NCBI RefSeq assembly: GCF_000372725.1 | Contig: NW_005201551.1 | Span: 436,155-456,154 of the forward strand | Reading direction: 5' to 3' | DNA length: 20,000 nt | Origin: Emiliania huxleyi CCMP1516 | Lineage: Eukaryota | Shown here: piece after piece, positions 1 through 8,668 of the stretch | Layout of the letters: the number at the start of each line of letters is the position of its first letter | How positions within the stretch are numbered: position 1 is the stretch's first letter | Notes under the pieces: generated by a model | Seen by the model: only the letters and a program-made list of their open reading frames with translations | What the model was told of the DNA's origin: nothing | The model's database searches: none | Translations under genes and position numbers: made by a program

Positions 1-554
1 GTGGCAGTACGACCAGACGTCGTGGTCGGCGCGCGAATGGATGCCGTTTGCGCTGCAGCGACTGTCGGTGCAGCTCTGGACGGCGCTCGAGCGGACGAGG
101 CACAGCGCGCCATTATTGGTGCGGCGTCGCGCGGCCGCGAGGGACCGCAGGGGGGGGTAAGCGGGATCGGGGGCTCTAAGGGGAAGGGAGTGGGGGGCGC
201 CCAGTAGGGCGCCGGCACCCCAGCGTAGAGGGCCTCGTGTAGCCCTCCTTTTGGTATAATAAAACCGAGCCGGCGAGCGAGGTTCCGACCAACCCTTCTC
301 GAGAAAAGAATTTTGCGGCCACGCACGACAATAGGCAGCGTGCCGTCCTCCCATCCCTCCCTTGGGTTGTCCATCTTCTTTCTTTGTTTTACACTAGGCA
401 CGGGACTGGCGCGCACTAGCACTAACATCTTGATTTACCAACAATGCCCTTACTACACACAGGGGTTCGAGAAAAGAACTTTCCTACGTACTCGCTCGTT
501 ACACTCTCGAGGTATCGCAGTCGGCCCCGAAAGGCTTTGTGCCACCACAGCAGC

Positions 555-2939
555 ATGCGCAAACGCCGCACCATCCTCGTCGTCGGCGACTCCTTCTGCG
601 ACGTCAACGCCGGCCCACTGCCGCGCCTCCCAGAGTGGGGCCGCAACGTCGTCTCGCCAGAGCGGATCCTAGCCCAGCCAGGCGGAGCCGCGCTCAACGT
701 CGCCTGCAACCTGCAGCGGCTCCGAGGCGACACCGCTCTCTACTCGGGCATCGGTGAGCCGCTTCCAATCAGTCCGACTTCACACGGACACCACCGACTC
801 GACAGGCGGATCGACTCTCCTCCTCTCACACGGTGCATCTCTGGCCCAGGCCGCGATGCGTTTGGCGACATGCTGCGCGTCCACCTCGACTCGCTGGGTG
901 TTCGGCTGATCGAGGCGCGTTCGGGACTGTTGTAGACACCTGCCACCAAATGATGTGTGCTTCCCGGGCAGGCTTAACACTGGCCTGGGACGTAGCGGTG
1001 GATGCCGGCTAGACGCTTCGGCACTGCCCTGCTTCGACATTGCCCGGCTAGACGCTTCGACATTGCAACGCGCTCCTTCAGGCGGACTCGGACGAGGACG
1101 CGCCGACCGGCGTCTGCATGGTCCAGATTACCCGAGATTACCCGAGATTACCCGAGATTACGGCGTCTGCATAGTCCGAGGATCGGGTATCTCGGGTGAT
1201 CTCGGGTGATCTCGGCTAATCTCGGGCACGCAGCACAGGTCCTCTCCGGCCCCGACGACCGCGCCTTCTGCTCCCACTTCGGCGTCTCGGACGCCTTCGA
1301 CGCGTCCGCCCTCGTCGCCGACGGCGCCGCCTTGCTCCGGCGGTTGGGGCCTTGCCATGTCCACTGCGCGGGCTACTTCTCCTGCGCGGCGCTGCGGAAG
1401 ACTCTCCCTCGGCTGCTGCTGGCGGCGCGAGAGGTTGGCGCCACGACAAGCCTCGACACTAACAACGACGCGAGCGGACAGTGGGGCGCCGTGGACGGCC
1501 TGTGCGATGCTCTCTTGCCGCCGCTAGACTTCTTCACGCCTCTGGCTGTAAACAGGCGCCGTCGACGGCTTGTGGGATGCACTCTTGCCTCTGCCGGATC
1601 TCCGCGAAGAGGTGTGAGCAGCGCCTCGTCACGGCTTGCTCTGAGATGCACACAGGTCCTCTTGCCGCTGCTCGACCTCTTCACACCGAACGAGCTCGAG
1701 GCGTGCGCCGTCGCGGGCGTGACTATTAGTTAATTAACCCTACGAGGGCGTCACTAGTGATTAATTAACGAGCTCGAGGCGTGCGCCGTCGCGGGCGTGC
1801 CGGCCGGCGACGTCGAGGCCGCCCTCGCCCGGCTGTCGCGGCAGGTAAATTAGTGAATCGCTAATAATGAATTAGCTCTCGCCCGGCTGTCGCGGCAGGT
1901 AAATTAGTGAACACCAAAAATTAATCAGCTCTCGCCCGGCTGTCGCAGCAGGTAAATGAATGCATTTAGTTAATTAATGATTCACTAATGACTGCTGAAA
2001 AATTAATTAGCTCTCGCCCGGCTGTCGCAGCAGGTAAAGCAAGACTGATTACTCTTTAATAAGCTCTCGCCTGGGTCGCGGCAGGTAAATTAGTGAACAC
2101 TAATTAGCTGTCGCGGCAGGTCGGCGGCAGCGTCGTCATCACGCGCGGGCGGGACGGGGCGAGATATACCCGAGATATACCCGAGATATACCCGAGATAT
2201 ACCCGAGATATACGCGAGATATGCCCGAGATATACCCGAGATACGGGGCGCGACGGCCGGCGGTCGGTCGACCCGAGATCTATCCCGAGATGTACACGAG
2301 ATCTATCCCGAGGTGTAGGCGCTTGTCGGCGGGCGGTCGGTGGAGACGAGAGCTGTCTCCGCTCCGCCGGTCGTCGCTCGCGACGCGGTGGGCGCTGGCG
2401 ACGCCTTCAAGGCCCCGCCCGCGCCATGACTAGTCAATTAATGTTTACTTCATTATTCATGAACGAGTTGGCGACGCCTGGCCAGGCTGGCCTGCTCGCT
2501 TGCTTCGTCTCTGGAGCAGACCTGGCCGAGGCGGCGCAGTACGGCTGCCTCACCGGCGCTAATTAATATCAAGTGGAGCTGATGACAGCTTAATATTTAA
2601 TTAGGCGGCGCAGTACGGCTGCCTCACCGGCGCTCTCTGCGTCACGACACGCGGCGCCTGCTCGCACCCTCCCGCCGCTACACCTCGGCTGCATCTCGGC
2701 TGCATCTCGGCTGCATCTCGGCTGCATCTCGGCTGCATCTCCCCTGTCCAGGCGCCTGCTCGGACCCTCCCGACGGGGCGCGTGTCGCCGCCTTCGCCGC
2801 GCAGCATGGGCTCTCCTCGGTCGCTTCCGCCCTCCCGGCTTGCGGCGGCTCGAGCTCTGCTGCAGACGGCGACGGGCAGCAGCAGGAAGAGGGGCGGAGC
2901 GAGCGGGAGGAGCGGGCCGCTGTGCCTGCTGATGACTGA
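555..2939 (+). CDS. PfkB/ribokinase-family carbohydrate or nucleoside kinase, multi-exon; probably the N-terminal half of a kinase-ENT fusion
   Basis: Manual exons 555-753, 850-914, 1082-1120, 1239-1485, 1556-1578, 1656-1700, 1779-1844, 2120-2158, 2319-2411, 2486-2530, 2605-2653 and 2752-~2921 splice in frame. They give PfkB motifs in the expected order: ILVVGDSFCD, PGGAALNVA (signature 1), GIGRDAFG, PTGVCMV, SLDTN, FTPNELEA, VVITRGRDGA, DAVGAGDAF (signature 2) and GALCVTTRGA. If the next intron is not removed, the frame stops at TGA 2937-2939. Exon choice between 1486 and 1655 is ambiguous. Confidence 0.9.
1126..1226. repeat. Intronic 10-bp tandem repeats in inverted arrangement: (CCCGAGATTA)n ... 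(ATCTCGGGTG)n
   Basis: About 3 copies of cccgagatta at 1131-1160 and about 4 reverse-complement-like copies at 1189-1226, inside intron 1121-1238. Confidence 0.9.
1824..2121 (+). repeat. Tandem copies of the exon end plus donor (ctcgcccggctgtcgcggcag|gtaaat) separated by AT-rich spacers
   Basis: The exon copy ends at 1844. Internal copies start near 1876, 1929, 2011 and 2064, and a truncated copy forms the acceptor at 2119. Confidence 0.9.
2161..2312 (+). repeat. Intronic 10/11-bp tandem repeat (CCCGAGATATA)n and variants
   Basis: About 8 direct copies at 2161-2243 and degenerate copies out to 2312. Confidence 0.9.
2684..2741 (+). repeat. Intronic 11-bp tandem repeat (CTCGGCTGCAT)n
   Basis: Five copies inside intron 2654-2751. 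Confidence 0.9.
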
Positions 2940-2977
2940 TTGTTCCTAGTCCATGGATGGTTGATAGTTGGTAGTAG

Positions 2978-4836
2978 GAGGGGTTCCTGTGGTGGACCTT
3001 TGCGCTGTTGTGGTTGGGAGGTACCTGGCCGTCTAGAGCAGAGGCAGCTGTCACGTTTGTTGATGCTCGGTGAGTACTTGCTGATTACCGTCAGGCACCT
3101 GGCCGTACCAGAGCATTCTTCAGGCCCAGGCCTACTACGAGGCAGAGCTGCCCGGCCTCTCACATTAGTTAGTCAATCAATAACTATAATTGACTAATCA
3201 CGAGTTCGAGGCGGAGCTGCCCGACCTCGCCTTTCTCGTGCTGATGACCTTCTCGTGGCCGCTCGTCGCAGGGCACGCGGCGCAGGTCCTCTCGGGTAAT
3301 CTCGGCTAATCTCGGGTAATCTCGGGTGATCTCGGGTGATCTCGAGCACGCGTCGCAGGTCCTCTCCTGCTTAGATAACTAATTGCTTGCTGGATTCATG
3401 ATTAATGAAGTAATCCGCAGGTCCTCTCCGGCGCCGCAAAGGCCGCCCGCTTCTCCGCAAAATCATCGTTGTCTTATTTAGTAATGAGTGATCACTTATT
3501 ATGAATGAGTCAGGCCGCCGGCTTCTCGCGGCGCGTCCTCGGCGCGTGTTGCGTCAACGCCGCCGTCGGCGTCGCCTTTCTGCTGCAGGACGCGGCGCCT
3601 CTGTTCACACCTCTGCTTCACACCTCCTCTTCACACCTCCTCTTCACACCTCTGCTGCAGGACGCGGCGCCTCTGTCGCCCGGCGGCCGGCGAACCGCGA
3701 TGACTATCCTCGCGGCCCTCGTCGCGCTGGCGCGGCTGCTGCGCTCTCGAGCTTCTCTCGGAGATCGCCCCGGAGATCGCGCGAGATCGCCCGAGATTAG
3801 GCGCAGCTGCTGCTCGAGCCGGCCTTGTTCGGCCTCGCCACGTGCTCTCCCCGCGGCAGCGCCACGCAGGCGAGGATCTCCCGAGATCGCCCGAGATCGC
3901 CCGAGATCGCCCGAGGTCACCGGAGATCACCGGAGATGAGGCAGTGCCACGCAGGCGATGATGGTGGGGAACGCGTCCGCCGGCGTCGTCGTCGTCGCGG
4001 CCAGCGCGCTCACGCGCCTCGCGGCGGGTGGCGCGGCGCCGTCTGGCGCGCAGCTCGGCATCGCTGCGCGCGCCTTCTTCGGCCTGCAGGTGGCGTCGAG
4101 CGCCGCGTCGTGCGCGCTCTACCTCGTGGCGCTGCGCCGCTCGCCGCGCCTCCTCGCCGCTGCCCGAGGAGCGGGGCGACGAGGAGCCGCCTCGAGCGCC
4201 TCTGCGATTGGCTCGCCGCTGCTGACGCCGGACGTGGCGCGCGGCGCGGGCGAGGCGCCGCCACGCTCGGGGTGGCGAGAGAGGGGCGCTGCGGTGCGCG
4301 CCGCGGCAGGCGCGGTCTGGCTGCCGGCGGCTTGCCAGGCGCTCTGCTTTGGCACCACGCTCGCCGCTTGGCCGAGCATCCCCGGCGCCGCGTGCGTCGA
4401 GGGCGGCCTCGCACGCTTGGGCCAGGGCTGGTGGTTCACGCTCGTGGTGCTCGTGTACAACGTCGTCGACTTCGCCGCCCGGCTGCACCTCCCCCTCCTG
4501 CAGCGGCTCGCCGCCCGCGCTCGCCCGCGCTCTTGCCTCGCTGCGTGCGCCGCCCGCACGCTGCTGGTGCCGCTCATCTACGCGTGCGTCCGCCCGCGCC
4601 TTGTCCACGGCATGGGCGGCAACGTCGTCTTGCTGCTCGCCACGGCGCTGCTCGCGCTGAGCAACGGCGTCCTCGCCACCGCGTCGATGATGCAGGTCGC
4701 GCGACTCGCGCCGGAGGAGCTGAGGGAGGAGGGGGTCGACGTCGCCGTCGCGGGAGTCTACTTCGGACTCGCGGCGGGCGCGACCGTCAGCTGGGCGGTG
4801 GGGCGGGCGATGCAGCTGCCGCTCGCGTGTGGGTGA
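2978..4836 (+). CDS. Equilibrative nucleoside transporter (SLC29/ENT family), multi-exon; probably the C-terminal half of the same gene
   Basis: Manual exons 2978-3020, 3095-3141, 3211-3285, 3421-3441, 3514-3588, 3661-3729, 3801-3869 and 3955-4836. The translation has ENT-like segments: TM1 FLWWTFALLWLGGTWPYQSILQAQAYYE, EPALFGLA...ATQAMMVGNASAGVV, WFTLVVLVYNVVDFAAR, ARTLLVPL, LLALSNGVLATASMM and EEGVDVAVAGVYFGLAAGATVSW. No in-frame ATG lies upstream of TM1. Confidence 0.85.
3291..3345 (+). repeat. Intronic 10-bp repeat (CTCGGGTAAT/CTCGGGTGAT)n
   Basis: About 5 copies inside intron 3286-3420; same family as 1189-1226. Confidence 0.85.
3759..3937 (+). repeat. Intronic 10-bp repeats (CCGAGATCGC)n in two adjacent introns
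   Basis: Arrays at about 3759-3798 and 3875-3937. Confidence 0.85.
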
Positions 4837-5910
4837 GTGTACGGCTGTGTAGTGGAAGGTAAAGCCGTAGCAGATTTGCATTTGGGGGGATTAGAGCATA
4901 GAGGGGATCCGATGTGACTCGTGTGAGATCAGGTACGTCAGTATGAATTACAATTGGAGTGTAAGAGAAAAGAGCAACAGCAAGGTCGAAAACCGAGGAG
5001 TGCACAGGTGAGTGCTCGCGCGGAGCCACCGGTGTTCTGACTATTTTTACACACACGCCCACTCCGTCAGGGGCGCGGGCGGCGACCGGCCGACCCCCGT
5101 CCCCCCCATCTACAGATGATATGCGCATTCTAGATGCCAAACGCCACAATCTAGGATGCGTTTTCCATCTAAAGACACCGGGTGTCTCCACTATGATTCC
5201 GTTCTCCAAGAAGATTTAATCATCTTTAGAGAGCGGGCGAACCACTGATCGAGTACTAGCTTCCGCACGGGCTAGTTCCATTTCACTCTGACACGCTAAT
5301 CTTGAAAACGTCCAACGGAGCTCCGTGTTGCTCCCAGCGCCCTCCCCCGCGCTTCCTGCGGCCATGGCCGATGATACTAGTATGAGAGGTCATCTGGCTA
5401 CCGCGAGCGCGACTCAACTCGTCGACATCGTCCGATGATTGTGCCTCAAAGTCAGCCTCCGGAGGCTATCGTGGGGTCGAGCCGGCAGTAGCCGTGACAT
5501 GTGGTTCCACCACCCCTCGTATGCTTTGCCTCTGACCGCCACCGTTCCCAGGCTGCCAAATGGGATGGAAAGGAAGGCTCGGCGAGCGTATAGAAGCGTG
5601 CTCGACCTCGTCGTGGCAGCCTGCACGGCAGCGCTGGTAGGCGCGATGAGCGTCGTGCCACCTGACCCGAGACGGGTCGCAGGCGTCGTACCGAGCGCGT
5701 CGAGACCGTGTCCTGATGTGATCTGCACGGGTGAGTCACGTCGGCGTCAAAGGAGCGACGTGCGACCTGTCAGAGCTTGAATCTCCGATCTCAGCGGCGT
5801 CGAGTCGTCTCCGGCGCGCGACAAAGGTACATCCCCAGGACGCACAGAGGCAGCTGAGATTGGAGATCAAGCTCTGACAGGTCGCACGTCGCTCATTTGA
5901 CGCTGACGTG

Positions 5911-6010
5911 NNNNNNNNNNNNNNNNNNNNNNNNNNNNNNNNNNNNNNNNNNNNNNNNNNNNNNNNNNNNNNNNNNNNNNNNNNNNNNNNNNNNNNNNNN
6001 NNNNNNNNNN
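5911..6010. other. Assembly gap (100 N)
   Basis: Run of exactly 100 N; the true size is unknown. Confidence 1.
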
Positions 6011-6602
6011 CCCGCGTTACCGTCCACTCGGCGGGGTCGCAGCTGCCTCTGGAAGGCACCGAGATGTACCTTTTTCGCGCAATGGTCAAAATCAAGGTTT
6101 TGTAACGCGAGCTGTGCCACAGTGAAATGGAACTAGCCACGGCGCCTTCTACGCACTCTGTCAGCCGTCCCCGCGTGAGGTGCGCCTCCGGCCTCAGGCC
6201 CTCTGCGCTCTCTGCCCACAGCACAGCCCGTTCGAGAACCCCAGGCCTCAGGCAGTGCCCCAACCCCCATCCATCTCGACTGTCTCTCGGTTGTGTGTCT
6301 CTCGCCCAACCCAGCCCCTACCCCCACCTCTCGCCCGCCCTCTCGCCCGCTCCCTCTCGCCACACTTCCCTCTCGCCCGCCGCGGCGCGCTCCTCTCCCA
6401 CGTGCGCCTATAGAACCCCCCAACCCCCCATCCCCCCCCCCCCCCCCCACACCCATACCCCCATCCCGCGCAACCCGCGCGCGCCCGGCACCGTCGCAGT
6501 ACGGCGTGCTCCGCAGCCGCAGGGTCTGTTGCTCTCTGCCGTGCTCGCGCGGCGGTCCCGCCGGGCCCCGCGCCCTCGCCGCCCGGCCGGGGCTGGAGAG
6601 GC

Positions 6603-7882
6603 TCAGTAGAGGATGATGCCGCGCTCCTCGCACACGGCCACCAGCTCAGGCTGCTCCGTGTTGTCCACCTCGAGGTACTGCACGCGAGGGGAGGTGCGAT
6701 GAGCATTGGGCGGGGGAGGGGCGTGTGGCGAGGGGGAGCGTCTCGCGCCTTCAAGCTCGGGGCGGCCCCCTCCTTGAGGGCGGCGGCCAGCGCCTTGCAG
6801 CCCTCGTCGCCAATCTTGGTTTCGTCGAGATAGAGCCCCTTGAGCCGCGGCGCTGCCCCCTCCTTGCCGAGGGCGGCGGCCAGCGCCTTGCAGCCCTCGT
6901 CGCCAATCTTGTTGTCGTTGAGATAGAGCGTCTCGAGCCGCGGCGCTGCCCCGCTCGCGAGGACCTCCGCCAGCTTCGCCGCCTCCGCGTCGCCCCAGCC
7001 GAGGCCGGCGTAGACCAGCTTGGTCGCCTTTCCAAACTGCTCCTCGAAGGCGGCCTCGTACAGCCGCTTCACCAGCGGCTTGTCGTCCTTGCCGTTGGTG
7101 AAGCTCTTCGTCTCCAGCTCCGCCGCGAACGCAGACGGCAGCAGCGGAGGGCGCCGGCCGCCGTCCTCGGTGCAGTCGTCGACGAGGCTGCCGTAGCTGT
7201 ACTCCACGCCGGCGCGCATCTTGCCGAGGTCGAGCGAGAGGTGGCCAGCCTTTGTCAGGCCCGCCCAGCTGCACTCCGTGTAGCACCAGCCGCGGTCAAA
7301 GTACTTGGCCACGTTGGTGCCCTCGGCCTGATCCTCCGCCTTGTGGCCGTCCGGGAAGGAGGTCAGCCGCAGCACCCAAGTGTGCTGGTGGGAGTAGAGC
7401 GTGCCGAGGCAGCCCAGCCCCTCCTTGAAGAGCGCGTTCTGCTCGTCAGTGCGCAGGACGCCGTTGGGGGGGTCGGGGTGCTGGTGGAGCGAGCCGAAGT
7501 CCCAAAAGACGCCGAGCCGCGTGATGTACGGATGGCTGAGCAGGGCCTTGAGCGCCCTCGCGACGCGGGCGAGGTTGGCTCCGCGCGGGTCGGGGTGGTC
7601 CTTGGTCAGCCACGGGTAGGAGAGCGCGGCGACGGGAAGCCACTCCGCATACCCGATGGTCGCCTCGACGAGGTCGGCGAAAGAGAGGAAGGCCTCTTCG
7701 GGCAGCGCCTGGCGGTGGGTGAGGACGCCGCCCGCCTCGGCGTGGCGGATGATCCACTGCGCGTCGAGGAGGGCGACGGCGCCGCTCGCGAGGACACGCT
7801 CCAGGTCGCCGCCGCCCCACTTGCGCCACAGCTCCAGCTTCTCCTCGTAGGTCAGGCCCGGCTTGCTCGTGCCGCAGCCCAT
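6603..7882 (-). CDS. HET-like domain + ribonuclease-inhibitor-type LRR protein with predicted N-terminal acylation; 2 exons (7882-6749, 6677-6603)
   Basis: Starts MGCGTSKP (Gly2/Cys3). HET-like motifs occur in order: ALSYPW...HPDP, VFWDFGSLHQ, LGTLYS, YFDRGWCYTE. C-terminal LRRs read LETLYLNDNKIGDEGCKALAAAL and LKGLYLDETKIGDEGCKALAAAL. A GC-AG intron at 6748-6678 joins ...APSLK to YLEVDNTEQPELVAVCEERGIILY*. Confidence 0.85.
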
Positions 7883-7975
7883 CGCTTCGTCTGCCTGTGT
7901 AAGGCCGATATGTGTATCTGTGTCCGGGAAGGCGATCGACTTTGAGCACCTGTGTACTCTGTGTCCAAGGCGTAC

Positions 7976-8354
7976 TATGAGGGGCGAAGTGAAGTGGGAA
8001 CAGTGAATGCGGAAGGGGGAAGGCAGAAGTGGGCACAGCGAAGTGCAAAGTGGAAACCACAAACGCCACGCAGCAACTCAGAAGTCAACCGCAACAAGTC
8101 AGAAGTCGCTTTTCAGATGTCCTAAGTGCAAACCACGAACTGCGTAAGGAACGTGGAACTGCCAACAACAAACCTACGCGGAACTCGGAAGGCCGGAACA
8201 CAGAAGTGCAAACACACAAGTTGAAGTCAGAAGTGCCATATGTAAAATGCGAAAGTAGAAGGGTAAACAGTGAACTGCGAAACCAAAAAGCTCAAAGCAA
8301 GAATGCAAAACTCAATCTCCAAACAGTGAATTTGGAAACCCAAAGCTCGAAGTG
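7976..8354 (+). repeat. Left terminal inverted repeat (~380 bp)
   Basis: Reverse-complement match to 11281-11707; A-rich with many GAAGT(G/C) motifs. Confidence 0.9.
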
Positions 8355-8668
8355 CGAAGTGACAAAGGAAACACAACTCTGCTTCAACCTCCGCCACCGA
8401 GCACAGAGATGGCGAGCCTGACGCTACCGCATGGCCGAGCAGCGAGCAGTAACTAACCATTCGTGTTGAATTGCCTTATCCGTTATCGCTTATCGACAAA
8501 CGGGGATTTTAAGTGTTGGAGAGTGTGAACTCAAACCTACTTCCTGACCGTAGCCTGACCGTCCTTACGGTGGCCGGAGCACCACCCACTAGCTGCATGA
8601 TCACCGGCCGATCACCTGGTCACCGATCACCGGCCTTTGGAGAGTTGTATAGGACTTATCTATTCAGA

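Noticed and set aside
1..480. G-rich tract, TGGTAT at ~252 and duplicated TCGAGAAAAGAA (299, 467) as a possible retroelement end or primer-binding site
   Set aside because: No full tRNA complement, LTR pair or coding evidence lies within the window.
3631..4881. 416-aa minus-strand and 345-aa plus-strand ORFs
   Set aside because: Arg-rich shadow frames of the ENT exon.
4990..6130. Possible degenerate gene or transposon remnant, with a near-palindrome AGACACCGGGTGTCT at ~5173 and CAGTG at ~6120
   Set aside because: No matching termini or recognisable domain, and the region is interrupted by a gap.
6725..7945. 406-aa plus-strand ORF
   Set aside because: Antisense shadow of the HET-LRR gene, caused by high GC at third codon positions.
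7883..8062. 60-aa N-terminal extension of the 604-aa ORF, and its C-terminal tail to 6248
   Set aside because: The extension starts at a non-ATG codon inside the TIR, and MGC at 7882 is the better start. The tail is read-through of a GC-AG intron.
8029..8460. ORFs in the left TIR, and mirror ORFs at 11363-11899
   Set aside because: They coincide with the TIRs. The shared peptide (MWF.LCTSLC.LLPSP) simply reflects the inverted repeat.
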